Below are positions 14,681-24,220 of a stretch of 34,757 nt of DNA, piece after piece. The translations under genes and the position numbers were made by a program. Numbering within the stretch: position 1 is the first letter of the stretch; every line of letters begins with the position of its first letter. Source of the stretch: a virus. Lineage: Duplodnaviria > Caudoviricetes. Below the pieces are notes generated by a model that saw only the letters and a program-made list of their open reading frames with translations, ran no database searches and was not told the origin of the DNA. The stretch covers positions 1 to 34,757 of the IMG/VR virus record IMGVR_UViG_3300029183_000020; one strand, 5' to 3'.

Positions 14681-15351
14681 GCGCACCCCAGTGCCAGAAC
14701 GCCCTGATCGAGCCGCCGTGCCGTGACTTCGCAATATCGTTCCTCGAGTTCGATACCCACTGCAGGAAGACCTCGCCGCTTCGCTGCCTCAATGGCGGAT
14801 CCGCTACCGCAGTGTGTATCAAGCACCAAGCCCGAGGCTTCCGCATATTCCAGGCAAAACGCCATGAGCGCCAACGGCTTTTGATGTGGATGTAACTTCT
14901 CTGACCGGGACACGTTCTCGGCGCCAGCACGCAACAACCCACTCCACATGTGGCGATAGATGCGAGATGGTTTATCTAGGTTCGTCCAAGCCATCTCACA
15001 ATCAGCTTGATTGTTTGGCCCAATGCCGTCACGCTTGTCCCACACAATCCAACACCGTGATGCGGGCAACGCATCTGCGCAATAGTTTCCACCCCAGACG
15101 ATCACGTTCCGAGCCTCCGGCAATACGGACGGGTCGAACGGTTCATCGTCACCCTGAATTCCCGGCATATTCTCGTATCGTACCCATTTCGCCCACTTGC
15201 CACGCCGAGAACTGTTATGGTTTGAACGGTAGCCAATGCCGTACGGCGGATCCGCCAGAATGGTATCAACGTCAAGAGAGAGCAGCGGCAACACCTCGCG
15301 ACAGTCACCATGATAAATCGTGATCCCGTCCTGCTCGTAATAGGGTCTCAC
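14677..15351 (-). CDS. DNA N6-A/N4-C methyltransferase, beta class
   Basis: ADPPYG, HPHQKP, DTHCGSGS; GTG start overlapping the holin stop. Confidence 0.9.
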   Translation of the reverse strand: MRPYYEQDGITIYHGDCREVLPLLSLDVDTILADPPYGIGYRSNHNSSRRGKWAKWVRYENMPGIQGDDEPFDPSVLPEARNVIVWGGNYCADALPASRCWIVWDKRDGIGPNNQADCEMAWTNLDKPSRIYRHMWSGLLRAGAENVSRSEKLHPHQKPLALMAFCLEYAEASGLVLDTHCGSGSAIEAAKRRGLPAVGIELEERYCEVTARRLDQGVLALGCA

Positions 15352-15608
15352 TTGCGCACATCCTTCCAAAACGACCCAATCGCCGCCAACGACTTGGGGG
15401 CGGCCAAGGATGCCCCCAGAACCGCCGGAGCGTGTGCCCACAGGGGTAGACTGGCCTCACGAGCCGTAAAGAGGTTCACGGCCAACGTCGCGCCCATAAA
15501 CAGCACCCAGACACCCAAGAGTCCAAGTCCCACGTAAAACGTGGCCGAATGTCCGGCCGTCGCGGAGACCGCCTGAATCACTTTACTCGGGCCCGTCTGT
15601 CTGGTCAT
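15348..15608 (-). CDS. putative holin (2 TM)
   Basis: Two hydrophobic segments, basic C-terminus, in lysis cassette. Confidence 0.55.
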   Translation of the reverse strand: MTRQTGPSKVIQAVSATAGHSATFYVGLGLLGVWVLFMGATLAVNLFTAREASLPLWAHAPAVLGASLAAPKSLAAIGSFWKDVRK

Positions 15609-15934
15609 GGCTGCCTCAACTGGTTCAACAAATCCGGCTGGACACACGATTCCCAAGGGATACCGGCATCTTTTTCCGCCACCTGTAAGCATACCAACTG
15701 GCCGATGGTGCGTTCCAGTTCCCCAATGCGATCCGCGGCCTCTGGATGGGCGCCGATCTGCTCATGACTTTCGATTAGCGTCCGGTTCTCTCTCGGCATC
15801 CGATACGCATCCAACCCAAACACCGCGGTCGAGACGCCAGCCATGAACGTACCGGCGATAATCATCACGGCCGCATGGGTCGGGTTAATACGGTCAATCC
15901 AGCGCTTTCGGTGCTCAGTCGCTTTCGGTACCAT
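15605..15934 (-). CDS. single-TM protein in lysis cassette
   Basis: TM AAVMIIAGTFMAGVSTAVFGL plus short coiled coil. Confidence 0.6.
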   Translation of the reverse strand: MVPKATEHRKRWIDRINPTHAAVMIIAGTFMAGVSTAVFGLDAYRMPRENRTLIESHEQIGAHPEAADRIGELERTIGQLVCLQVAEKDAGIPWESCVQPDLLNQLRQP

Positions 15935-16058
15935 AGCCCCTACCTACACCAGTTCTCCACATCACACAACTGTCGTACCGATGCCACATATCGGAAATCC
16001 GTCGTGCTTCGGGGTTTCTCGGCTGTTGCGATCCGTGCCGAAATCATACCTTGGGCTC

Positions 16059-16355
16059 ATGCGATATTGGTTTCTCCTGGCCATGATGGCCTGTGGCGCC
16101 CCGACTGGGCCCGACCTTCCGCCCTGCAACGATTTCGAGCCTGCCGTGATAGACGAGGTCGTTGGCCGGCCCGATTGGCCTGACGGCACCTGGTTGGTGT
16201 TTGCGCTCATTGGCCCCACATCGCCCCCAGAACACCCCGGACGCTGGGTCGGGTCTTCGTACATCCTAACCCCGTCTGTGGCCTGTGAGGCCGAATCCTG
16301 GCGCATTCCAGGGCGTTTGCTACCATCACGCGAAAATCACATCGACCCACAGTAA
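16059..16355 (+). CDS. putative lipoprotein moron (antisense to late genes)
   Basis: MRYWFLLAMMA/CGAPTGPD short signal peptide with lipobox-like Cys; fills the gap between tail tip and lysis genes. Confidence 0.6.
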   Translation: MRYWFLLAMMACGAPTGPDLPPCNDFEPAVIDEVVGRPDWPDGTWLVFALIGPTSPPEHPGRWVGSSYILTPSVACEAESWRIPGRLLPSRENHIDPQ

Positions 16356-18446
16356 CCTCGCATCAGCCGCCGTTCCATCCGGTGTCAGGGTTGTTGACAC
16401 CACAATCGCGTCATTCGACGTAATCGCATCTGTGTCGGTGGTCACCGTGTTGATCCATGTGCCAGCGCTGACGTTGCCTGTCCGAAGATCAAGAATCAGA
16501 CCGCTCACCGTCCCATCGACCGATTTCGATACCACGGTGGAAATCGTCACATCCGCACTGGTATCGGCATACGTCCGCTGCTTGAGTCCAATCACCTGTG
16601 AGGCGCCAACGGGAGGGCTGAGCACCGCTCGAGCCGTCAACGGGTTGCCATCATTCGACCGCAGCTCGCCATTACTGATGTCCAACGTGCCCGAGGTGGC
16701 AATAAAGTCCTGATACGTCACCCGGACGGTCTGGATCTCCTGAAACGGGCTCGGCAAGTTGGTGTCTGGACTCGCGTCCGCATCGTCCTGCGTGTCGATC
16801 GTGTAGACCGTCGTTTCGTACTCCCGTAGAGCCAAACGCACATGACCGGTCGGCAACAACGCTAAGGCCAAGACCTGAAAATTCTTTGCGGTCCAGCCAG
16901 GAGTGGGATGGGTAATCGGCACAATTGTGCCAACGTTGGCCCGCAACAGGTCGTCCGTTGCCGTGACACCCACCACAATGGTCTGGCGACTTTCCGCCCG
17001 AGTCGTCATCGCGATCTGCTGCGCCCGATATACGTCGTTCACCAACGGCAATGAGATGTCGTGCACGATCTCGAATCCGTTGTCTTCGGTTAGCAGCGTA
17101 TTCGAATCATCGGGATACGGCCACTCGGCGATGTTGGGCTGATACTCCGTGTCCGGATCGACGAAATGCGCCCGGACGATGTTGAACTTCGTGTCGATCC
17201 CAGGCGTCGTGAACGACCAGTCCCCAATGATGTTATCCTCGGTCAGCGTGATACTTGAGGCTGAATCGGACTGCGGGATGAACAGCCGGAACGTCCCACC
17301 CTCGTAGACCAACCACCCACGCATCGACCCCAGCAATGTCTGGATATTGCGTTGCACGGAATTAGCCGTGTTGATGAACCCCCCGATGGCAAACCGTGTC
17401 TGGTTGACACTTCCACCCCCACCATCCGGCACAGAGACCGTTTCGTCACAGTAATCGGCCGCCTCTTCGAACGAGGTCTCATCAATCTCACTGGCAGCCA
17501 CACCAGCGCCGTAAATAGTGGAGAGCAGGTAGTCTCTCAAGCACAACGCCGGATTGTCTCCACCGTTATCGGGGTGCGCCCACCGCTTGATTGTGGCGTC
17601 AGTCGTGGGGCCTTCGTTCACCAAATTCTGCGACACGGTGAGTACGGTGGCTGTGACGGCCGTGAGTTGGTAATAGCCATCGTTGCTGGCCGAGCCGGTG
17701 ACTTCAATCCAATCATCGACCGCGTAATCACCGTCCGTGGTCCAACTGCCCGCCGCGCGCGTGATCGTGTCACCGGCCGTGGCAAACGTCAGTGATGCCC
17801 CAGCCACTTCGGCCCGATGGTCCTCGACTGGATTCCCACTCACCAAACAGGTGATATTGGGGACCCCACGATACACTTCCTCATCGTGAGTCAGTTTGGC
17901 GATGAGATAGACAACACCCCGTCCATCGTGGGCCGTGGTCCACTCGGTGAATGTCGAGACCAACGTCGCATCCGAGGACTGATCCCCCGCGCCCAGATAT
18001 TTGGTCAGCACCAAATTGTCTGAGGTATACGGATCTTGAAGGGTCCCGGCAGCATTCGCCGCTTGAACGTTGTTGAAAAAGACGTCATCGATCGAGCCCA
18101 CGGTCATGGTCGTTTGGGCTCTGGGGCCATGCGCCAGCGCACCCACGATGTAGAGATCGTCACCGGTCGCCGCCACATCCACATACACGATGCCGAGCTT
18201 GGCCTGGCCATACACGACGGGAAGGGCGATTTCCGTCGAAGCAACATTGACCTGTTTGCCGGCCTGCCGGCTTGCCGTGGCACCCGCAGCCGCAGCCCCA
18301 TTGTCTCCTTGCGCCGCGACGATCTGCAGGCCCGTGCCTGCCCCGATCGCGATCCCCCCGATGACCTGTCCACCGGGGATCACCGACACAATGGCGCCAC
18401 CGACCTTCAGGATATCCCCGGCGGTATTGAGAAAGCCGTCAGACAT
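16326..18446 (-). CDS. tail tip / host-specificity (gpJ-like) protein
   Basis: PVVYG, NPALCLRDYL...YGAG, FEEAADYCDE, GTFRL motifs. Confidence 0.88.
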   Translation of the reverse strand: MSDGFLNTAGDILKVGGAIVSVIPGGQVIGGIAIGAGTGLQIVAAQGDNGAAAAGATASRQAGKQVNVASTEIALPVVYGQAKLGIVYVDVAATGDDLYIVGALAHGPRAQTTMTVGSIDDVFFNNVQAANAAGTLQDPYTSDNLVLTKYLGAGDQSSDATLVSTFTEWTTAHDGRGVVYLIAKLTHDEEVYRGVPNITCLVSGNPVEDHRAEVAGASLTFATAGDTITRAAGSWTTDGDYAVDDWIEVTGSASNDGYYQLTAVTATVLTVSQNLVNEGPTTDATIKRWAHPDNGGDNPALCLRDYLLSTIYGAGVAASEIDETSFEEAADYCDETVSVPDGGGGSVNQTRFAIGGFINTANSVQRNIQTLLGSMRGWLVYEGGTFRLFIPQSDSASSITLTEDNIIGDWSFTTPGIDTKFNIVRAHFVDPDTEYQPNIAEWPYPDDSNTLLTEDNGFEIVHDISLPLVNDVYRAQQIAMTTRAESRQTIVVGVTATDDLLRANVGTIVPITHPTPGWTAKNFQVLALALLPTGHVRLALREYETTVYTIDTQDDADASPDTNLPSPFQEIQTVRVTYQDFIATSGTLDISNGELRSNDGNPLTARAVLSPPVGASQVIGLKQRTYADTSADVTISTVVSKSVDGTVSGLILDLRTGNVSAGTWINTVTTDTDAITSNDAIVVSTTLTPDGTAADARLLWVDVIFA

Positions 18447-18864
18447 GCGCTGGCATCCTCAAGAGCACATGGACGGGATGGCCCTGCTCGTACGGAATCC
18501 GTTGCACAACACCACCGACCGTGGTCACGAGTCGAGTGTAGTTCGCCAGCACGATGCTGACACCTTCCTGAAATCCATCGACATCATGCACGATCGCAAA
18601 ATCATACCGACGCGGCCGGCGGACCTCCTGGGCGCCCAGGTCTCGCAAGGTCTGTTCGATGCTGTGTCGTTTGAGCGCCGAGCGTGCCCCACGAGTCGTT
18701 TTGTACGTCAACGCAAACGGGGTCAAGTCTTCCCCATACGTGGCTTCCAGCACCCGCCGTGCAATGGTCACGCAGTCGGTCTCGCCGTACACAAACGGCT
18801 CCCCGAGAATCGCGTTGATGTACTGCGATGCGTACACGTCCCAATTCTGGGGCCTAGAACTCAA
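18439..18864 (-). CDS. NlpC/P60-like tail-associated protein
   Basis: PFVYGETDC motif; lies between hub and tail tip; probable TTG start. Confidence 0.7.
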   Translation of the reverse strand: MSSRPQNWDVYASQYINAILGEPFVYGETDCVTIARRVLEATYGEDLTPFALTYKTTRGARSALKRHSIEQTLRDLGAQEVRRPRRYDFAIVHDVDGFQEGVSIVLANYTRLVTTVGGVVQRIPYEQGHPVHVLLRMPAHV

Positions 18865-20182
18865 TGTCACCCTCATCTTTCGGGTCATCGCCCGTGCCGC
18901 CACCACCCACACCACCACCACCAAGCCCTGAGGACTGCCCACCCCAGATGATACGCTTGCCCACCAGCTTCGGGATGAACTCAAAAAAGACGTCCCCACT
19001 GTAGTGCTTCTCGTGGCTCCGCACGTTGGTCACGATGCCCTTGATCTTCGACAACGGTGCGAGGCGAGACGTGAGCCGCGTTCGGACGGTGGCCGTCGCC
19101 TGTCCGTTCGCCGCGCGCGTTTCCCTGGTGGTCCATTGCGACAGCATGTAGTACGGCCCGAACTGCACCGGATCCACAACAATCTCACCGTCTGTGCCCA
19201 TCAACCCGTAATAGACCGTCGCCTGGCGTCCTAAGTAGTTGGCGCCCAACACCAGCGCGATCACCGACGTGTCTACGCCATCCAACGTCAGGTTGACGCC
19301 CGTCTGGCGGTCGGGGCTCTCTTCCACGGCATCCAAGGTGAGATGCCCGCCAACCGCGACCCAGGACTGATCCAGCGACCCCATTTCCCATTCGTCCAAA
19401 AACGGTTCCGAACTCGAGGCCTGTGAGCCATCATTGCCATAGAACCCGACGCGGCGGTGGTCAGAGTCCCGGACATCGAGTGTCAGGGTTTCGGTTGACG
19501 CGAGCGTCCATTCATCACCAGACGACTCCTTGTAAAAGCATTTGACCTCGAGGTCCCGAACCTCGTACCGCAAGTAAATATCGCCACTCGTGTTCCAATC
19601 AACCCCCGTCGCGACCACAGTATTCTGGACCGCGGTCCCGGACGAATTGATCTCCCGAAAGACGACATTCCCGACGCTGGCACTCGCGCCACGCACGACC
19701 GTGAGCGTGAAGCCCTCCCCAACAATCGACGCAGCAGCAACGGACGAATCAGCGTACCCGTATAGCCCAACCTGCTCTGACGTCCCGTCGACGCTGTTGC
19801 GGATACACCGACCTTGGGAGTAGTACATCCAGCTCGTCGGGACCAAGTCGTTCGTTGATCGCACGTAGTTGCCATCGTTGTGCACGAACCGCGCATAATC
19901 CACCGCGGCATCCACGATCACATCCGAGGCGCCGCCGTTCGTGTTGTACTCCCATGCGGTGACGCCGGAATCTGGCGTATGGGAGTCCATGTTCGTATTG
20001 ACCGCTTCGAGGAAATTGTCCGTGCCCAGCACGGCGCCAGCCGTCCCACCCCAAACGATATTGTGTTGGGCGGTCGTTAGTCGCAGCGTGCCCGAAGAAA
20101 ACTCCAGTTGCACGAGCCAAAAGATTTCCTGCCCCTGCGCCTGGAGCGCCGTGGCCATCGTCGAATCAAGGGTCCGGCTCAC
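18854..20182 (-). CDS. baseplate hub / minor tail protein with inserted beta-sandwich domain
   Basis: Hub-like LVQLEF..GTLRL...WGG and LTLDGVD...YLGRQATVY...GDVFFEF..K.I.WG segments split by ~225 aa. Confidence 0.75.
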   Translation of the reverse strand: MSRTLDSTMATALQAQGQEIFWLVQLEFSSGTLRLTTAQHNIVWGGTAGAVLGTDNFLEAVNTNMDSHTPDSGVTAWEYNTNGGASDVIVDAAVDYARFVHNDGNYVRSTNDLVPTSWMYYSQGRCIRNSVDGTSEQVGLYGYADSSVAAASIVGEGFTLTVVRGASASVGNVVFREINSSGTAVQNTVVATGVDWNTSGDIYLRYEVRDLEVKCFYKESSGDEWTLASTETLTLDVRDSDHRRVGFYGNDGSQASSSEPFLDEWEMGSLDQSWVAVGGHLTLDAVEESPDRQTGVNLTLDGVDTSVIALVLGANYLGRQATVYYGLMGTDGEIVVDPVQFGPYYMLSQWTTRETRAANGQATATVRTRLTSRLAPLSKIKGIVTNVRSHEKHYSGDVFFEFIPKLVGKRIIWGGQSSGLGGGGVGGGGTGDDPKDEGDIEF

Positions 20183-20805
20183 TCCGTGGACTCCTGGAAC
20201 GTGGCCGTGACTTCTTGCAACTGCCCGACCTGCGACTCCTGGACCGACAGATCCACGATAATGGCCGTAAACACCACGCTGGCGGTCACGGTAATAGCCG
20301 CGTTGTTCGCCGGCGAACCACCCGAAAAGATGGGCGGATTGATGGTCAACGTGGCATTACCACTACCATCAGAACTCACGTCCGCGGTGATTTCATACAC
20401 GGTCGTGATGTTCGCACACGTAATGAGATCCCCAGCCTTAAGAATGGCTGTGCTGTTGGGCCATCCATCGGTAATGAGCGAGGTCCCGGTCTGACTTGCT
20501 CCGTTGACTAAGGGCGTTCCACCGCCAGCACCGAGTGTCGTCAGGTAGTACTGATGTTGGAGGTTGAGAAACGTTCCGTTGCGAAACCATGATTGTAGCA
20601 AGCCATACCCCTGGCGGCCCGTCGTGGCGTGCGGGGACGCCATCGGAAACACGTACGTCTCCGTCCACCGCCGACCTGTCTGTAACTGGTTCCGCGTGTT
20701 CACCTTCCCACTGTTCGCAATCGACAGAATGGGCGGGGGTAACTGCAGGCCCGATACCCTGGTCGGCGTTAACCCCGTAATCGCGCGGTTGAGCGTGGTG
20801 GCCAT
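20179..20805 (-). CDS. distal tail protein
   Basis: Follows tape measure; LKAGDLI...VYEITADVSSDGSG.ATLTI.PP motif. Confidence 0.75.
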   Translation of the reverse strand: MATTLNRAITGLTPTRVSGLQLPPPILSIANSGKVNTRNQLQTGRRWTETYVFPMASPHATTGRQGYGLLQSWFRNGTFLNLQHQYYLTTLGAGGGTPLVNGASQTGTSLITDGWPNSTAILKAGDLITCANITTVYEITADVSSDGSGNATLTINPPIFSGGSPANNAAITVTASVVFTAIIVDLSVQESQVGQLQEVTATFQESTE

Positions 20806-22547
20806 TACAACTGCCTCATGAGCGCCCGCAGGGACGCATTCTCGTTCAAAGCGGTCACGAAGGACTCCGCAATCGCCCCGCGGTTACTGAACAGCATCTC
20901 ATGGACACCCCGTGCGTCAATCGCGGCGACACTCATCTCTACCTTGAGTTCCCCGATCATAGGACCGGTACGATTACCACCCTGGGGCGCCGAAACCAAT
21001 CCAGCCGCCGTGGACCGCCCAGCCATTGCCACCGTTCCACGCCCAGCGCCGACGCCAAGCGCCAACCCTTCCGCGTACTGCTGGCCGATCTCCATCGCCA
21101 CTTTCGACGGGGAGCTGATCTTCAGCAGGTCCTTGATGCCGCCGATCAAAATGGTGGACGCGATATCGTCAATGGCACGACGAAGCATTTCTTTGAGATT
21201 TTGCGTGCCACTCACCAGTCCGCGGATAAACGACTCCCCAACCTGGATCGCCTTCTCTTTGATCGTCTCCCGCATCTCATCAATCGCCGGTGGAATCACA
21301 CCGGCGGCGAAATTGAGACCGTCCCGTAGACTCTCCGGAAGCCGCAACTTGAATTCTTGCTCAAAGGCGTTCCCCATCACCCGGAGTTGTGCCGCGTTGG
21401 CTTTCAACGCCGACTGCATCCGCTGTTCCAAGGTCGGGAGGGTATCCTTCAACGATTTATGCGCTTCGACCGCCGCCTCCTTTGCAGTCTGCAGACTCCC
21501 CGCGAGACTACCAGCACCCCCACCACCCGTCCCAGCAAGCGACTCCGCAAGCACGGAAGTTTGGGCAGCGGCACGACCAGCAAGTTCGCCCAGGTCCGCA
21601 AGACGATCTCGGATGACGGCCACCGCCTCATCAGCGGCCTCACGGGCCGGCCCAGTAAAAACTTTCCCAAAAACTGGAACACCGAGAATTTCTCGTTCGC
21701 CGATCTTCGCAAACGACGTTTCGAACGCTGCAACGAAGGCTTGGCCTGCAATGTCGCCCAAGATGGCAAAGCCCTCTTTCACAAAAGGACCACCCGCCTG
21801 GATGACGGTCGTAATGTTGGATATAACCTTGGTCGTTTCCTCGAGAAACGCCTTGACCAACGGAGACCCAGCAACCACCCCACCAATCGCCTCTTTCAGA
21901 TCACCCCACGCATTGCTAAGCTGCGACAACCGTCCCGCCAGCGTATCCGCCCTAGCCTTGGCCACATCAAAGAACGTAGACGACTGCTCCATAATCTGCG
22001 CCAACTTTTCCTGGGCCGTAGCGCCAGCGTCGAGCTGAATGCCATACCGCGTCAGCGCGTTGGTGGTCGAGCCGATGGATTTGCCAATGAGCTGCGCTGC
22101 ACTGTCGAGGTTGCCACCGGTGAATGTTTCCGCAATCCCGATAATCGCCGTTTGTACGTCCTCGAGCGCCGACACATCAAGACCCTTGGCAAGCTGCGTC
22201 ACCGTTGTGAGCGCGCCAATGATCTCTTCGTCACCCTTACGGGTCTGTTGCTGAAGTTCCGACGCGCGTTGCGTGAGACGCTGCAAAACGCCTTCACCCT
22301 CTTTGCCAGTCGCAATTAACGCAGCACGCAAGCCCTCGACGGCATCCTGTTGCACCGTGAATGCCCGTACCGAGTCCGAAGTGAAGCGTGTCAGGCTCCG
22401 GACTGTAAACGCAGCAGCCAACGTCCCACCAAGCGCTAGCGCACGTTTTTTCAACGCATCTATCGCCTTATTAGAACGCTTCATGTCACGCTGATATGCA
22501 GCGGTGTTCGCCTCAAGATTGACGACGAGGGATGCGAGTGTCGCCAT
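20805..22547 (-). CDS. tape measure protein
   Basis: MATLASLVVNLEANT start, Ala-rich helical, I.SPSKV motif. Confidence 0.92.
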   Translation of the reverse strand: MATLASLVVNLEANTAAYQRDMKRSNKAIDALKKRALALGGTLAAAFTVRSLTRFTSDSVRAFTVQQDAVEGLRAALIATGKEGEGVLQRLTQRASELQQQTRKGDEEIIGALTTVTQLAKGLDVSALEDVQTAIIGIAETFTGGNLDSAAQLIGKSIGSTTNALTRYGIQLDAGATAQEKLAQIMEQSSTFFDVAKARADTLAGRLSQLSNAWGDLKEAIGGVVAGSPLVKAFLEETTKVISNITTVIQAGGPFVKEGFAILGDIAGQAFVAAFETSFAKIGEREILGVPVFGKVFTGPAREAADEAVAVIRDRLADLGELAGRAAAQTSVLAESLAGTGGGGAGSLAGSLQTAKEAAVEAHKSLKDTLPTLEQRMQSALKANAAQLRVMGNAFEQEFKLRLPESLRDGLNFAAGVIPPAIDEMRETIKEKAIQVGESFIRGLVSGTQNLKEMLRRAIDDIASTILIGGIKDLLKISSPSKVAMEIGQQYAEGLALGVGAGRGTVAMAGRSTAAGLVSAPQGGNRTGPMIGELKVEMSVAAIDARGVHEMLFSNRGAIAESFVTALNENASLRALMRQL

Positions 22548-22759
22548 CAGCGCACCCGCTGCCGATTAGCCAACGCATCATTCGCGTGGCCGTCTAAGAA
22601 GTCTTTGTCTTTCTCTGCTTTGAAAATCGTCAACGCCGCCTGCCATTCGTTGAATTGCGTCGATGACATGGCGTCCATCATTCCAAAGACATCCCAGACA
22701 CCGAGTTGCAGTGCCAGCCGATACGACTCGAGCTTTACCGGCTGGGTTCGGACTTTTTT
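22547..22759 (-). CDS. tail assembly chaperone frameshift extension (gpT part of gpGT)
   Basis: Slippery A AAA AAG at 22753-22759; -1 frame gives ...YRLALQLGVWDV..MMDAMSSTQFNEW..., ending in a TGATG overlap with the tape measure gene. Confidence 0.85.
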   Translation of the reverse strand, partial: KKVRTQPVKLESYRLALQLGVWDVFGMMDAMSSTQFNEWQAALTIFKAEKDKDFLDGHANDALANRQRVR

Positions 22760-23091
22760 TCCAACTCCTCACGATCTTTGGCCGTCAGCCCCGACATCTC
22801 CAGCACCCGATTGAAAATCGGAGTCGTGACCGAGGAGGGCAGTCCGCCGATCGCGTCTACGTCTTTTGCCTCGAACATCAGCCCGTCACCGTTCATGACC
22901 GACATCGCCACCACCCAGGGCCGCATGGCGGCAAACGTGGCGTTCTCGTTTGTGTGCATGTCGGCCTCGAGCTGCCCGCGCTGCGCCGTCGTCAACTCCC
23001 TCACGGTGACTTTGCCAAGTTCCGGCACGTCCACCACGTCCGTCTTGAGCTGTGAGGCTGTGCCCAGAAACTGCTCTTTCGTCAACGCCAT
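22735..23091 (-). CDS. tail assembly chaperone (gpG-like)
   Basis: V.VPELG.V.VRELT; ends ELEKK at the slippery site. Confidence 0.88.
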   Translation of the reverse strand: MALTKEQFLGTASQLKTDVVDVPELGKVTVRELTTAQRGQLEADMHTNENATFAAMRPWVVAMSVMNGDGLMFEAKDVDAIGGLPSSVTTPIFNRVLEMSGLTAKDREELEKKSEPSR

Positions 23092-23499
23092 TTATGCCAC
23101 CGCTCGCGTGACCGCCCCAGCACCAACCCATGTGCACGACGCTTGGCCCAACTCGCCAACACCCTGCTGGAATGGTGTGTAGCCCGTGATAACCACGTTC
23201 ATCTGGTAAGCTGGATTGCTGGCCGAAGCGGCGGAACTGGTGGGCCGGAACTCGGCCGCCACGACAGTCCCCACGATCCCGAACATGATCTCGTCCAACA
23301 GATTATCAGCGAAATCTTGGTTGAACGTGATCGTCCCGTTGGTGTCCTTGAGCCCTGCGATTCGCGATCGATACGTATCGCCAAAGGCCGTATCCTCCAG
23401 CGCATCAGCTTCGATATTGGAATCCAAATTGGTGCCGTACGCTGACAGGTCGTTCGAATCCAATTCCACGTATCCATCGGTAAAGGCTAAACTCGCCAT
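23092..23499 (-). CDS. tail tube protein (short paralogue)
   Basis: EDTAFGDTYRSRIAGLKD; position before the chaperone. Confidence 0.85.
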   Translation of the reverse strand: MASLAFTDGYVELDSNDLSAYGTNLDSNIEADALEDTAFGDTYRSRIAGLKDTNGTITFNQDFADNLLDEIMFGIVGTVVAAEFRPTSSAASASNPAYQMNVVITGYTPFQQGVGELGQASCTWVGAGAVTRAVA

Positions 23500-23509
23500 C
23501 TGTTACTCC

Positions 23510-24220
23510 CTATGCTGAAATTGCTACGCCAAAACCCACCGCAAAGGTGGCACTCGTGAACGTTCCACCCGTCACCGAGACCCGAAACCAATCATCCGTA
23601 ATCGGGCCCGCCACTGTCATCCAGGCCGAAGGACTGGCTGTCGACAGCGTTTGCACTGACCCAACGGACGCAGCTGAAGGAAACCCCTGGGCATCGTCAC
23701 TCCCGATCGTGATCTCGATATCCGTACCCGTCAACGACGTGAGATGCAGCGCCGCAAAAAACGATTGCGTTGCGGAGACCGCGCCCAGCTGAATAGCCGT
23801 TCCATCCTCCAAGCCAGTCGACGTCCCGTTGAACGCTAAGAAACCACGTACCAACGGTCCCGTGGACTGCCCCTGGAGCCCGAATCCCAGCACCTCACCA
23901 ACAGCCCCTTCGATGGGCGTGTAGGTCGTCAGGTGCGAATTGAGCATGTACGCCACATCACCCACCGTGGCGCCGGCAGCCGTCAACAGCGGCTTCGCGT
24001 TCGCCAGGCCATCAAACAGTTCTTTGTCCTCGGTGCTGTTGAAAAACCCAGAGATCTGGATAGCCGAATCCTTGAGACCCGCAATCCGCGATCGGTACGT
24101 GTCGGTGAACACTGTGTCCTCAAGAGCATCGGCCGAGGCGTCTACCTGGACGCTGTTGGCCTGCGAACTCAACGTGACCCCGTCGTACCAAATCCGTGCG
24201 TTACTGAGTGCGCTCGCCAT
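23510..24220 (-). CDS. tail tube protein (long paralogue with C-terminal extra domain)
   Basis: EDTVFTDTYRSRIAGLKD plus ~110-aa beta-rich extension. Confidence 0.8.
   Translation of the reverse strand: MASALSNARIWYDGVTLSSQANSVQVDASADALEDTVFTDTYRSRIAGLKDSAIQISGFFNSTEDKELFDGLANAKPLLTAAGATVGDVAYMLNSHLTTYTPIEGAVGEVLGFGLQGQSTGPLVRGFLAFNGTSTGLEDGTAIQLGAVSATQSFFAALHLTSLTGTDIEITIGSDDAQGFPSAASVGSVQTLSTASPSAWMTVAGPITDDWFRVSVTGGTFTSATFAVGFGVAISA

Noticed and set aside
13368-15347. 10-nt complementarity (GACCCTATTA) between the 13.37 kb structure and the start of the lysis-cassette methyltransferase
   Set aside because: Found post hoc and short enough to arise by chance
20818-22319. Long plus-strand ORFs (406 and 320 aa); similar ones at 26274-27281 and 28654-29832
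   Set aside because: Antisense shadows of tape measure, capsid and portal genes in GC-rich DNA
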